Shown here: positions 29,366-39,982 of the stretch, piece by piece
Position numbering within the stretch: the stretch's first letter is position 1
How the letters are laid out: each line of letters starts with the position of its first letter
From: an uncultured Acidobacteriota bacterium
GTDB lineage: Bacteria; Acidobacteriota; UBA6911
DNA: 64,000 nt
Assembly: GCA_963843575.1 (NCBI GenBank)
Contig: CAWJKZ010000019.1
Span: 1-64,000 of the forward strand
Reading direction: 5' to 3'
Made by a program: the position numbers and the translations under genes
Notes under the pieces: generated by a model
The model's database searches: none
Told to the model about the DNA's origin: nothing
Seen by the model: the letters and a program-made list of their open reading frames with translations, nothing else

Positions 29366-30760
29366 TCACTTCCAGTGGGTGGCGATGTACTCCTCGGTCT
29401 CCGGGAGGCCGCCCTGCATGATGAGGTAGCCGTTGTGGGGCTCGCGGGCCGTGATCTCGGAGGAGATCGGGTGGCGCATCATGCGCATCACCTCGGCGTG
29501 CTCGCCCGTGTGCCCCAGGACCCACGACAGCTTCATCAGCGCTGTCTCGGGGAGCATGTTTTCGAGTGGCACCACCCCGATGTCCATCAGGTCGCGGCCC
29601 GTGTCGTAGACGTACATCTGGGCATATCCCCACAGCGTCTGGACGGTCATGACCACGTGTACGCCTGCGTCGATGGCCCGTTTGAGCGCGGGGTACAGCG
29701 GCTTGTTGACGTGACCGAGGCCCGTGCCCGCGATGACGATGCCGCGGTAGCCGCTGGCGACCAGGCTGTCAACCAGGTCGGGCCGCATTCCGGGGTAGTA
29801 GTACAGGATCGTGGTGCGGTCGTCGAAGACGGGGTCGACCCTCACCTTGCGCGTCGGGTCGCGCGGACGATAGTTCTTGCTCAGGTACTTGAAGCTGTCG
29901 CGGCTGACTACCGCCAGAGGGATGTCCCCGATGGTGCGGAAGGTGCTGCGGTAGGAGCTGTGCATCTTGCGGACGCGGGTGCCGCGATGCAGCAGCCCGT
30001 AGCGGTCCGAGGTCGGGCCGAACATGCAGATCTGCACCTCGGCGATGTCCCCGTGGGCGGCGAAGCGCACCGCGTGGATGAGGTTCAGGGCGGCGTCCGA
30101 GGAGGGACGGTCGCTCGAGCGCTGCGAGCCGACGATGACGATGGGCACCGGCGAGTCCTGGACCATGAAGGACAGGATCGCGGCGGTGTGGCCCATAGTG
30201 TCGGTGCCGTGGCCGATGACGATGCCTTCGGCGCCCGCTTCGATCTCGTCCCCGATGGCCCGCGCAAGCGCGATATACTGCTCGCAGGCCATGTTCTCGG
30301 AGAAGACGCCGAACAGTTTCCGGGTGGTGAGGTTGCAGATGTCCGCCAGCTCGGGGACCGCGCCGTACAGCTCGCCCGGAGTGAACGCGGGGATGACCGC
30401 GCCCGTGCGATAGTCCAGGCGCGAGGCGATCGTCCCTCCGGTCCCAAGCAGCGTGACCTTGGGCAGGTTGGGCCGGAGCGGGAAGTCGCGCTCCGGGATC
30501 TTGTACACCGCCACCTTGTAACCGAGTTCGACGGCGCGCGCGATCCGGGTGAAGTGGATACCGACGTTGTAGCCGTTTCTCAACTTGACGACGATGTGCT
30601 CGTCGTCGAGCGTCTCCGAGCGGGGGAGGATGATCCCTTCGAACACGCTGCCCGCGTCGTTTGTGATCCGCGCCTCGCTCCAGACGCGCAGCCCGAGCTC
30701 CTCCAGCCTGGCGCGGGCGCGTCCCCGGTATCCCTTCAGTGTGTCATCGGCCCCGGTCAT
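29366..30760 (-). CDS. gatD: Glu-tRNA(Gln) amidotransferase subunit D (asparaginase-like glutaminase)
   Basis: GatD-specific N-terminal domain (EGIILPR...IVVKLRNGYNVGI), TGGTIASRLDYRTGAV, HGTDTM, GSQRSSDRPSSDA, HRGTRVRKMHSS, GTGLGHV. Confidence 0.9.
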   Translation of the reverse strand: MTGADDTLKGYRGRARARLEELGLRVWSEARITNDAGSVFEGIILPRSETLDDEHIVVKLRNGYNVGIHFTRIARAVELGYKVAVYKIPERDFPLRPNLPKVTLLGTGGTIASRLDYRTGAVIPAFTPGELYGAVPELADICNLTTRKLFGVFSENMACEQYIALARAIGDEIEAGAEGIVIGHGTDTMGHTAAILSFMVQDSPVPIVIVGSQRSSDRPSSDAALNLIHAVRFAAHGDIAEVQICMFGPTSDRYGLLHRGTRVRKMHSSYRSTFRTIGDIPLAVVSRDSFKYLSKNYRPRDPTRKVRVDPVFDDRTTILYYYPGMRPDLVDSLVASGYRGIVIAGTGLGHVNKPLYPALKRAIDAGVHVVMTVQTLWGYAQMYVYDTGRDLMDIGVVPLENMLPETALMKLSWVLGHTGEHAEVMRMMRHPISSEITAREPHNGYLIMQGGLPETEEYIATHWK

Positions 30761-32720
30761 TGCCCCCTCCAATCGCCAACCACGCCGCGGCCGCGACCTC
30801 GCGAGCCTCTATCCTGCCCCGCAGGGCCGCCATGGCGTCCCCGACGGCGATCCGGAGGACGCGCCGGGGATCGGTGCTGTACGCGCGGGCGCGGGCGGAC
30901 GCCACGACGGCGGGAATCGTCTCGCGCCAGCCGAGCGGTGCGCCGTCGAGCCCCTGCCGCGCGATTACCGAGTCGACGGTCGAGCCGGCATGCGCCGCGA
31001 GGGTCCGGACCACGGATTCCCAAGCCTGCCACAGCACCGGCCTCTCCCGGGTCGCCCGGAACCACTCCACCCAACGCTCAAACGGGATCGCGTCGACCTG
31101 CACCCCCGCCCGCCTGAGGTAGACCAGCCTTTCCCCGAAAAGGTAGCACGCCCGTTTCAAGTCGGCGCCGGCTTCCCGCACCAGGCGGTCGACCGTCGAT
31201 GCCCCGCCGCGGCGGATCAGGAAGTGGATGACCGGAGTGGCCACCCCGGCGCCCGAGTAACGGGCCTCGCGCTCCCAGGGGCGTTCGGGGAGGCCCGCCC
31301 GCAGCCGCTCGACACGCTCGCGTGCGACGCGGGTCGGGGGCGAGTCGGTGTCGGGATACATCCGGTCGGGTCCTGGGAGGATGCGCTCGAAATCGGTGGA
31401 CCCGTCGGCGAACGGCTGACGGGTTTCGTTCGGCACGCCCTGGAGGGCGTCGACGTAGCGCAACCGGACCTCCTCGGCGGCCGTGACGGTGTCCTCCGAA
31501 GGGCCCCAGACCACCACCAGGGCATCGTCCGGGGTGCAGTGCAGTCTCCCGCGCAGTTTGCGGAGCTCCTGCAGCGAGCCCCGGTAATCTGGCCATTTCT
31601 CGCTGTGCAGCAGGATGGGTCGCTGGTCGAGGCCGGCGATGACGCGCACGCGCCCCGCCAGCTCGGAGGCAAAGGACGCATCGGGTTGGGTCGGCCAGCC
31701 AAGCGTCCCGGCGAGCCCCCTGAGCCGCACGGCGCGCACGCAGAATGGGCCCCCACCCAGTTCGAAGCCGGGCCGGCGCCTCTGCTCCTTGACCCAGGCC
31801 TCCCAATGCTCGCGCCGCAGGAGCTGGTAATCGGAAGCGGTGAAAAGATCGGTCACGTCGGCGCTCTCGATCCCGATCGCCTCGGGCGAGCCCATCCCGC
31901 GGCGCAGGAGTTCGTCGCGCAGACGGAGCAGGTTGACCTGCCGCACGGCCTCCCCGTGCACCAGGAGCCGCGCCCAGCCCGCCTGCGGCACCCCCTTGAT
32001 CTCGACGCGCCGCCCGCCGCGCACCGAGACGTTGACGTCCTGTCGTGAAGCGCCGAGGCCGACGCGGACGTGCTCGGTCGAACGGCAGACCCGCCCGACG
32101 AGCAGTATGGCTTCCTCGACTTCCTCCGGCGTTCGCAGGTCGGGGCCGGTCACGGTCTCGATCAGGGGCATCCCCAGGCGGTCGGTGCGCCACACGATGA
32201 GGTGCCCCTGGTCGGAGACCTCGCGGCAGGAATCCTCCTCCACGCTTACCTGGGTGACCGAGAGGTCGCGGCCCCGGAAGGGAAGCCTGCCGTTGACCCC
32301 GACGATGGCGGTGCGCTGAAAACCGGTCGGGATCGAGCCGTCGAGGTACTGTTTGCGGGCGATGTGCACCTCGTCGACGATGTCGCAACCGAGCATGAGG
32401 CACTGCTCGATGGCGATGTCGACGGCCTCCTGGTTCACGAGAAAAGGCGGCGTGTCGTCCATTTCGTACGTGCAGACGTTCGACTCGTGCAGGAGGTAGA
32501 TGATGTTCTTCCGGGTCTTGAACTCCATCAGGGCGGTGCCGTCGTACTCCCCCAGCTCCGAGAGCGTGGGGCGCATGTGGCGCAGCACCGCGCCGTCGTG
32601 CGTCTCCGTGTACATCCCGGCCGGGCAGCGGCAGAACATCTTCGTCGCCGTCAGGAGCTGCTGGTGCACCTCCAGCCCCGCCATCAGCCCGACTTCCGCG
32701 TAGTCGATCGAGGAGTGCAA
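30744..32720 (-). CDS. gatE: Glu-tRNA(Gln) amidotransferase subunit E
   Basis: GLEVHQQL, KMFCRCP, RPTLSELGEYD, DGSIPTGFQRT, EEDSCR, DRLGMPLIE, RQDVNVS, VEIKGV, a long central insertion, PNETR...PGPDRMYPDTD. TTG start 7 nt after GGAGGG. Confidence 0.9.
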   Translation of the reverse strand: MHSSIDYAEVGLMAGLEVHQQLLTATKMFCRCPAGMYTETHDGAVLRHMRPTLSELGEYDGTALMEFKTRKNIIYLLHESNVCTYEMDDTPPFLVNQEAVDIAIEQCLMLGCDIVDEVHIARKQYLDGSIPTGFQRTAIVGVNGRLPFRGRDLSVTQVSVEEDSCREVSDQGHLIVWRTDRLGMPLIETVTGPDLRTPEEVEEAILLVGRVCRSTEHVRVGLGASRQDVNVSVRGGRRVEIKGVPQAGWARLLVHGEAVRQVNLLRLRDELLRRGMGSPEAIGIESADVTDLFTASDYQLLRREHWEAWVKEQRRRPGFELGGGPFCVRAVRLRGLAGTLGWPTQPDASFASELAGRVRVIAGLDQRPILLHSEKWPDYRGSLQELRKLRGRLHCTPDDALVVVWGPSEDTVTAAEEVRLRYVDALQGVPNETRQPFADGSTDFERILPGPDRMYPDTDSPPTRVARERVERLRAGLPERPWEREARYSGAGVATPVIHFLIRRGGASTVDRLVREAGADLKRACYLFGERLVYLRRAGVQVDAIPFERWVEWFRATRERPVLWQAWESVVRTLAAHAGSTVDSVIARQGLDGAPLGWRETIPAVVASARARAYSTDPRRVLRIAVGDAMAALRGRIEAREVAAAAWLAIGGGNDRGR

Positions 32721-32774
32721 TTCGGTGCCCTCCGGCGCCCCCGGCAGCGGCGCGTGCAAGACATGGATGCTATC

Positions 32775-32837
32775 AGACGGAAGGCAAAAGACGGAAGCCG
32801 GAAGACGGAAGCCGGAAGACGAAGGCGGAAGACAGAA
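32775..32837 (+). repeat. tandem heptamer tract AG(A/C)CGGA, about 9 units
   Basis: agacgga aggcaaa agacgga agccgga agacgga agccgga agacga aggcgga agacaga in a divergent intergenic region; TATAAT at 32844-32849. Confidence 0.75.
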
Positions 32838-32890
32838 GGGGGATATAATGGCGGCGCAGCCAAACGGTATCAGGATCGATGGGAGGGACA

Positions 32891-33820
32891 ATGAGACGTC
32901 GTGAATTCTTGACCCGCGTGGGCGCGGGTGCTGCAACGGTGGTTATGGCCAATGCCGGCGTCGAGGACGGCGCGGCGCAGGGCGCGGCCGGTGACAAGCG
33001 GAGCCGCATCGCCGTGTCGACCTGGAGCCTGCACAACTATTTCGAGTCGACCCGCGAGAGCGAATTCAAGCTCCCGGGCCGCATGATTTCGCTGCTCGAA
33101 TTCCCGGAGATGATCGCCGACCGCTACAAGGTCCACAACATCGAGGCGTGCGTGCCGCACTTCGCCTCGGCTGAGCCGGGCTACCTGAAGGAGTTCAAGG
33201 CTCGCCTCGCGAAAGCGCGCACGCAGCTGGTGAACATGCCGGTCGACATCGACGAGATCTCGACCGAGGGGGGCTTGTCGGATCCCGACGAGAGGATCCG
33301 CGGCAACGCGGTCAAGGGCTCGAAGAAGTGGATCGACGTCGCGGCCGTTGTGGGCTCGAAGGCCGTCCGGTGCGATCCGGGGAAGTTCGACCCGAAGAAG
33401 CCCGGCCCGACCGTGACCTCCTACCGGCAGCTCTCGGAGTACGGACGGTCCAAGGGCGTGCACGTCATCATCGAGAATCACGGCGGGGTGGGGTCGGAGC
33501 ACCCCGAGGACCTCGTCCAGCTGTTTACCGCCGTGGGCGGCGCGCACGTCGGTGCGCTCCCCGATTTCTTCAACTTCGCCAACGAGACCGTCCGGATGAA
33601 AGGGCTCGAAATGCTGTTCCCCTACGCGCGGGTCGTGTGCCACGCCAAGGGGATGGAATTCGACGCGGCGGGTCAGGAGAAACAGTACAACTTCGGCAAG
33701 TGCATGGAGATTGCCAAGAAGGCGGGATTCAAGGGGATCTACTCGATCGAGTACGAAGGCCCCGGGGACCCTTACGACGGCTGCCAGAAGGTGCTGAACA
33801 ACCTGCTGAAGTACCTCTGA
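32891..33820 (+). CDS. Tat-exported sugar phosphate isomerase/epimerase (xylose-isomerase-like TIM barrel)
   Basis: MRRREFL signal; IIENHGG, LPDFFNF, CHAKG, YSIEYEG. Confidence 0.85.
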   Translation: MRRREFLTRVGAGAATVVMANAGVEDGAAQGAAGDKRSRIAVSTWSLHNYFESTRESEFKLPGRMISLLEFPEMIADRYKVHNIEACVPHFASAEPGYLKEFKARLAKARTQLVNMPVDIDEISTEGGLSDPDERIRGNAVKGSKKWIDVAAVVGSKAVRCDPGKFDPKKPGPTVTSYRQLSEYGRSKGVHVIIENHGGVGSEHPEDLVQLFTAVGGAHVGALPDFFNFANETVRMKGLEMLFPYARVVCHAKGMEFDAAGQEKQYNFGKCMEIAKKAGFKGIYSIEYEGPGDPYDGCQKVLNNLLKYL

Positions 33821-33827
33821 TTAAGGA

Positions 33828-33856
33828 GTGGGCCGCGGCGAGCCGCCGCGGCCCAC
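33828..33856. terminator. GC-rich hairpin between convergent genes
   Basis: GTGGGCCGCGGCG-AGC-CGCCGCGGCCCAC, a 13-bp perfect stem; no clear U-tract. Confidence 0.5.
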
Positions 33857-33863
33857 AACTCCC

Positions 33864-35195
33864 CTAGGTCCTGGTCTGCAGTTTTTCCGCATCCCAGAAA
33901 ATGCGCTGCTTCTGGCGGTACGAGGTGTTCGCCATGTGGCAGGCTACGGCGGTGCCGCACCCGAAATCGACGTTTTCGACCGGCTGATTGCGAGTCCCGA
34001 TGCAGGAGAAGAAGTTGCGGAAGTGGTCCTCCGTGCCCTCGGGGGTCTGCTTGATGGTCTCCTTCTGGCGCTGCCGCTGCTGCTTGGCCGTCCCGATGTC
34101 CGCCAGAGGGTCGTTCTTGTGAGCTTCCATGAAGGGGGTCTTGGTGTCCTTGGGCCAGGACTCGAGCGGGTACGAGTATTCCTCGATCGGGTTGTAGGGT
34201 ATGAGGGTGGCGCTCCACTCCAGGAGCTCCACGGTCCCCTTGTCGCCCATGAAGCGCACGATCTCGCCCCCCTCGAAGTTCGACACCAGGTTGGCGCTGA
34301 CCTGCACCTGGAACTTGCCGTAGTCGTAGAGTGTGTTGTGGATGTCGGGCACCTCCCGGTCCCCCTTCCACTTGTAGATCCCGCCGTTCGACACGGCGCT
34401 GACCGGGAATTGCACGCCAAGGACGTGGTGCACGCGCGACAGCAGGTGCACGTATTCATCACCGGCGATTCCGGTGCCGTAGTCCCACCAATTGCGGAAC
34501 TGGAAGAAGCGGGCGGCGTCGAACGGCCGTTTGGGGGCATTCCCGAGATACCGTTCCCAGTCGATGGTCTTGGGTGAAGCGTCGGGTGGAACCGGGTAGC
34601 GCCACGCGCCGATCGCGTTGGGCCGGTAGATCGAGCACTGCACCATGAAGACGTCGCCGATGAGTCCCTTCGATACCCACTCTCTCGCCTTGTGCGTCGA
34701 TACCATGCTCAGGCTCTGGCTCCCCACCTGGACGAGGCGGCCGGTCTGCTTGGAGACGCGCACCATCTCCAAGGCTTCGGGAATCGTGTGGGCCATCGGC
34801 TTTTCACAATACACGTCCTTCCCGGCTTTCATCGCGGCGATCGCAATCGGAGCGTGCCAGTGGTCGGCAGTGGCGATGACGACCGCATCGATATCCTTCC
34901 TGGAGATGACTTCGTTGTAGTCCCGCGTCACGGGGGTGTTCGCCTGGATCTCCTGGGCGCGCCTGAAGTGGCCGTCATAGAGGTCGCAGACGACGGCAAC
35001 CTTGCCGCCCACGTTGAGCACGTACTGCATGAGTTCGAGCCCGCGGATCCCTGCGCCCACGATGCCGACGGTCACCGGTTTGTCGGCGGGGGCGCCCGTC
35101 CCTGCGGGTGCCGACGACAGGGCAGCTCCCGCGATGGTCGCCCCGGCCAGCGATTGCCCGATGAATCTCCGGCGGGTGATGTGCACTTCCGACAT
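33864..35195 (-). CDS. Tat-exported Gfo/Idh/MocA family oxidoreductase
   Basis: TRRRFI signal; VGIVGAGIRG, IATADHWH, KDVYCEKPM. Confidence 0.9.
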   Translation of the reverse strand: MSEVHITRRRFIGQSLAGATIAGAALSSAPAGTGAPADKPVTVGIVGAGIRGLELMQYVLNVGGKVAVVCDLYDGHFRRAQEIQANTPVTRDYNEVISRKDIDAVVIATADHWHAPIAIAAMKAGKDVYCEKPMAHTIPEALEMVRVSKQTGRLVQVGSQSLSMVSTHKAREWVSKGLIGDVFMVQCSIYRPNAIGAWRYPVPPDASPKTIDWERYLGNAPKRPFDAARFFQFRNWWDYGTGIAGDEYVHLLSRVHHVLGVQFPVSAVSNGGIYKWKGDREVPDIHNTLYDYGKFQVQVSANLVSNFEGGEIVRFMGDKGTVELLEWSATLIPYNPIEEYSYPLESWPKDTKTPFMEAHKNDPLADIGTAKQQRQRQKETIKQTPEGTEDHFRNFFSCIGTRNQPVENVDFGCGTAVACHMANTSYRQKQRIFWDAEKLQTRT

Positions 35196-35381
35196 AGCGT
35201 TCCTCCTACCTTGGTTTATCCTGCAGTTTCGCTGCGATTGCCGGGCGATCTTACTACGATTTACGTCGGGGGAACAATTTACGCCCGGGGGCCTCTATTG
35301 AAGCATGGCACAGACCGCGGCCCCGCCGTCGAGCGCGGGGCGCGTCTGCCAACCGCCCGAAGGATCATCGAGGGATGCGCC

Positions 35382-37801
35382 ATGGAACTGTTCTGGAGGG
35401 ACGTCCGTTACGCGTTGCGCACCTTGGCCGGAAGCCCGTCGTTCACCGCGGTCGCAGTCTTCGCGCTCGCGCTGGGCATCGGCGCCAACAGCGCGGTCTT
35501 CAGCGTCGTCGACGCGGTCCTGCTCAGGCCGCTCCCTTACCCGGAGCCCGCCCGCCTGGTGCAGATCTGGGGCTCGAACCCTGCGCGCAACATCCCCTTT
35601 CACAATGTGTGGTACGCCGATGCGTGCGAGTGGCGGAAGCAGAGCCGCTCGTTCGAGTCCATGTCGGCCGCTGCCTCCGGCTCGAAAAGCCTGGTCCTGG
35701 GCAGTGAGCCGGAGAAGATCCCGTCGCTCGCGGTAAACGCCGTCTTTTTCGACATGCTGGGGGCGCGCTTTCAGGGCGGCCGCGGGTTTATGCCCGGGGA
35801 AGACGTCCCGGGCGCCCCACGGGCGGCCGTCATCTCGCACGAGTTGTGGAAGCGTCGTTTAGCCTCCGATCCCGCCGTTGTCGGCAGTACTCTCCTGCTC
35901 GACGGTCAGGGTTACACCGTCACGGGCGTGCTGACCCCCGGTTTTTCTCTGGCCGGCCGCACGATCGACGTCTATACGCCGCTGGCGTTGAGCGAGGCGC
36001 GCGAACAGCAGGGACCTGGGAGCACCGTCACGGTCTTCGCCCGTCTGAAGCGCGACGCCACGGTGCGGCAGGCGCAGGCGGAGATGGACACGATCGGGGG
36101 CCGGCTGGCGGCATTTCGCGGCAGCCTAGGGACGGTGCCGCGCGTGTGGGGCCTCCGAGATTTCATCGTGCGGGATCTGCGGCTAAGCCTGGTGATCCTG
36201 TCTGCTGCGGTCGCCCTCGTTCTGCTGATCGCCTGCGTGAACGTCGCCAGCCTGATGCTCGCGCGCGCCGGGGAGCGGCAGAAGGAGATGGCGCTGCGTA
36301 CGGCCCTCGGGCAACCCGGGGCCGCGTCCTGGCCCAGTTGCTGACCGAGAGCGGCCTGCTCGGGCTCGCCTCCGGCGCGGTGGGGGTGGTGCTGGCCTAC
36401 TGGGGCGTCCGGCTTCTGATCCGGGTCATCCCGGACAGGTACCCGCTGCTTTCCGACGCCGCCATCGATCTTCCCGTGCTCGCCTTTACCACCGGTCTGT
36501 CGGTCGCCACCGGGCTGCTGTTCGGGCTGGCGCCCGCGCTCGCCTTGTCGCGGGAGGGCGTGCTCTGCAGCGCGCTCAAGGAGGGGGGCCGGAGTTCGGG
36601 CGAGACGATCGCGCGCGCCAAGCTACGCTCGGCGCTCATCGTCGTGGAGGTCGCCCTGGCGCTGGTTCTGATGATCGGCGCGGCGTTGATGGTTCGCAGC
36701 TTCGTCCGGCTGAACCGCGTCGATCCGGGCTTCAACTCCCGCGATGTGCTGACGGCAAGCATCAGCCTGCCGGCGTCCCGGTACGACAAGCCCGGGCAGC
36801 GCGTGGATTTTTTTCGCCGGTTGATCGAGAAGCTCGATTCCATGCCAGGTGTCGTCACGTCGGGCGTCGTTAGCGCGCTCCCGCTAACGAACTACAACAC
36901 CGGGACCGCCCTGTTCGTGGAAGGGAAACCCATCCCGCCACCGGCCGACGCCCCCATCGTCTGGTTCCGTTCGGCCAGCACCGGCTATTTCAAGGCCATG
37001 GACATCCCGCTGCGTCGTGGCCGCCTCTTCGCCGACCAGGATGAGGACCGGCCCGTGGCGGTAGTCAACGAGACCCTGGCGAAGCGCTTCTGGCCGGGGG
37101 AAGATCCCGTCGGGAAACGCTTCACCAACGGTTATCCGCCGCCCAATCAGCCCATCCAGTGGGCGACCGTGATCGGAGTGGTCGGCGACCTCCGCCACAA
37201 GGGGCTGAACCAGGAACCGGACGCCGAACTGTTCTGGCCCTACCGGATGCTCGCGCCGGCGGGCCTCAACCTGACCGTGCGTACCAGCCTCTCCCCGATG
37301 CAGGCCGCCCCCACGCTGCGCCGGGCCGTCGCCGAGATCGACCGGGACCAGCCGGTCTCGCAGATTCTCGGCATGGAGCAGGTCGTGGCGAACTCGATCG
37401 CCCCCCAGAGACTTTCGGTGACGCTGATCGGGGTCGTTCGCCGTCGCTGGCCCTGATCCTCGCGACCCTGGGGATCTACGGCGTGATCTCCTTCGGGGTG
37501 GCGCGCCGGACCCGCGAAATAGGAGTCCGGCTGGCGCTGGGCGCGCTGGGCGGGGACGTGGTTCGGATGGTCGTGCGGGAGGCCCTGATACTGGCCGGGA
37601 CCGGCCTGCTGATCGGCCTGCTCGCCGCCCTGGCCTTGACCCGCTTTCATCGCCAGCCTGCTCTTCCGCGTCAGTGCGACCGACCCGGTGATGATTGCGG
37701 CGGTGTGCGTCCTCCTGGCGGCCGTCGCGGCGCTCGCCAGCTACATACCGGCGCGTCGTGCCGCTGCAATCGATCCGATCGAGGCGCTGCGCTGCGAGTG
37801 A
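35382..37801 (+). CDS. ADOP-type (acidobacterial duplicated orphan) ABC permease, MacB/FtsX family, frameshifted at about 36310, 37435 and 37647
   Basis: DVRYALRTL, ALALGIGANSAVFSVV, LLIACVNVASL, QLLTES, GIYGVISF, C-terminal YIPARRAAAIDPIEALRCE, spread over successive frames with no internal stops. Confidence 0.8.
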
Positions 37802-37907
37802 CGGTCTTCGCGGCGGAATGCCGGGCGCGGTTCGTCACCAATGCCTTTGTTTTTGATCTGTGAGGATCCGCGTCCGAAAAAACGTCACCGAACTTACGCG
37901 ATTGGCC

Positions 37908-38789
37908 CTAAGGACGCGAAGAAGCCCGGAGCACGGCCACTAGCGACATCGGGTCGACCCTGGTTTCCGCCAGCCGAACCGACCAGTGCAGGTGCGGGCC
38001 GGTGACCCTGCCGGTGGCCCCGACCTTGCCCAACACACTCCCGCGTTCGACAACGTCGCCTTCGGCCACCAGGATCCTGGAGAGGTGGCCGAAGTAGGAG
38101 TACAACCCCATACCATGGTCGAGCAGGACGGTGTTCCCTGAAAAATAGAGGTTCCCGGCCAGCACGACCCTGCCCCGGTTGGGTGCCTCGATGGGGGTGC
38201 CGGTGGCCGCCCGGAAGTCGGTCCCCGCGTGCGGGCTGCGCGGCTGGCCGTTCAGGATGCTCCGCCTGCCGAAACCGCTGATCGCCGGTCCCGGCACCGG
38301 CAGCACGAAGGGTCCGTCCCAAAGCCTGTCCGGCGTGGTGCGCGCCAGCAGGCCTCGCAGCAGTTCGGTTTCCTTCCGGATGCGCTCGAGCGTATCCGCG
38401 GGAGGCGTCACGTATTTCTCTTCGACGCTGAGTCGCCGCTCGGGAAACGCCTTGCGGCTGATCGCGAGAGGGTAATCGGCGGCAACGGGGCCACTGCCCG
38501 CGGTGCGTCCCCGCACCTTGACGGTGTACGCGCCCGGACGCACGTCGAGATCGATGCCGATCAGGCATTCCCAGCGGCGCGCGCCCTGCCGGAAGAACTC
38601 GAAGCGCCTGTCGAAGACCTCCGCCTCGAGCGCCTCGAGGCCCGCGGGCCCTGAAGCCGTCAGGAGCACGACCTCCCCGGGCTGCAGCGAGCGCGCCGAG
38701 TGCCGGACCGTCAACGGTGCCGCGCCCGACTGTGCGGCGGCGCCCGGGACGAGCCAGACCAGGACCAAAGCCAGTGCGAGTGGTCGCAT
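37908..38789 (-). CDS. M23 family metallopeptidase, secreted
   Basis: Signal peptide; HAGTD (HxxxD), YFGHLS, TGPHLHW. Confidence 0.9.
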   Translation of the reverse strand: MRPLALALVLVWLVPGAAAQSGAAPLTVRHSARSLQPGEVVLLTASGPAGLEALEAEVFDRRFEFFRQGARRWECLIGIDLDVRPGAYTVKVRGRTAGSGPVAADYPLAISRKAFPERRLSVEEKYVTPPADTLERIRKETELLRGLLARTTPDRLWDGPFVLPVPGPAISGFGRRSILNGQPRSPHAGTDFRAATGTPIEAPNRGRVVLAGNLYFSGNTVLLDHGMGLYSYFGHLSRILVAEGDVVERGSVLGKVGATGRVTGPHLHWSVRLAETRVDPMSLVAVLRASSRP

Positions 38790-38792
38790 GGC

Positions 38793-39980
38793 CTACACCG
38801 CGGCCTGTGCGGCGCTACGCTGCGCGTGGAAGTCCCCGATCAGCACCTTACTGATCTCGTCGCGCTGGATCTGGTTGGTTCCCTCGTAGATCTGGGTGAT
38901 CTTGGCATCCCGCATGTACTTCTCTATCGGGTAATCGCGCATGTAACCGTAACCGCCGAAAACCTGGACGGCGTCGGTGGTCACCTGCACCGCGACATCG
39001 GAGGCGAAGCACTTGGACATGGCGGAGTACATCGTTGGCCTGTGCGCCGGGGCGGAGTCGACATAACGGGCCACGGCGTAGGTCAGGGCTCGGGCCGCCT
39101 CGACCCGCATCGCCATGTCCGCCAGGGTGAAGCGCAGCCCCTGGAACGCCGATACGGGAGAGCCGAACTGGCGCCGCGTGCACGCGTACTCCGTGGCGAG
39201 CTCGAGCGCCCCCTGCGCGATCCCCACGGCCTGCGCGGCCACCCCCGGTCGCGACACGTCGAAGACTTTCATCGCGGTCAGGAACCCCGTTCCCTCGCGT
39301 CCCAGCCTGTTGGACACGGGGACGCGGCAGTCCTGGAAGCTGAGTTCGCGCGTGGACGAGGCGCGGATGCCGAGTTTGTCCTCCTTCTTGCCGAAACCGA
39401 ATCCCGGCGTCCCTTTCTCCACCACGAGGCACGAGGCGCCCCGCGGGCCCTTTTCGGGATTGGTCAGGACGAACACGCAGTAGATCTCGGCTTCGCCGCC
39501 GTTGGTGATCCATTGCTTGGTGCCGTTGACGACGTAGTGGTCGCCGTCGCGCCGGGCCGTGGTGGAGATGGCCCCGGCGTCCGATCCCGCCTGGGGCTCG
39601 GTCAGGGCGAAGGCGGCCAGCCTTCGCCCTGACGCGATGTCGGGAAGATAGCGCCGCTTCTGCGCTTCGTCGCCGGAGAGCACGATCGGGAGCGCGCCCA
39701 GCGCCGAGCCTGCGAAGCAGAGTGCGATCCCGCCGCAGGCACGCGAGAGCTCCTCGGTGATCAGCACCATGTTGAATATCGGGGAACCGCCCGCAATCCC
39801 CTCGTAGTCTTCGTGGATGAAAGCCCGGAAAAGGTCGGTCTCTCCCATGACCTTCACCACGGGCCAGGGGAACTCGCCGGTGCGGTCATACAGCGGTGCC
39901 ACCGGCCGGACCTCTCGTTCGGCGATTTCCCGGGCCAGGCGCCGGATCTCCAGTTGCTGGTCGGAGAGAAAATAATCCAT
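38793..39980 (-). CDS. acyl-CoA dehydrogenase (short/branched-chain type)
   Basis: MDYFLSDQQ start; FALTEPQAGSD, NGTKQWITNG, KLGIRAS, VQVFGGYGY, IYEGTNQIQR. Confidence 0.92.
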   Translation of the reverse strand: MDYFLSDQQLEIRRLAREIAEREVRPVAPLYDRTGEFPWPVVKVMGETDLFRAFIHEDYEGIAGGSPIFNMVLITEELSRACGGIALCFAGSALGALPIVLSGDEAQKRRYLPDIASGRRLAAFALTEPQAGSDAGAISTTARRDGDHYVVNGTKQWITNGGEAEIYCVFVLTNPEKGPRGASCLVVEKGTPGFGFGKKEDKLGIRASSTRELSFQDCRVPVSNRLGREGTGFLTAMKVFDVSRPGVAAQAVGIAQGALELATEYACTRRQFGSPVSAFQGLRFTLADMAMRVEAARALTYAVARYVDSAPAHRPTMYSAMSKCFASDVAVQVTTDAVQVFGGYGYMRDYPIEKYMRDAKITQIYEGTNQIQRDEISKVLIGDFHAQRSAAQAAV

Positions 39981-39982
39981 GG

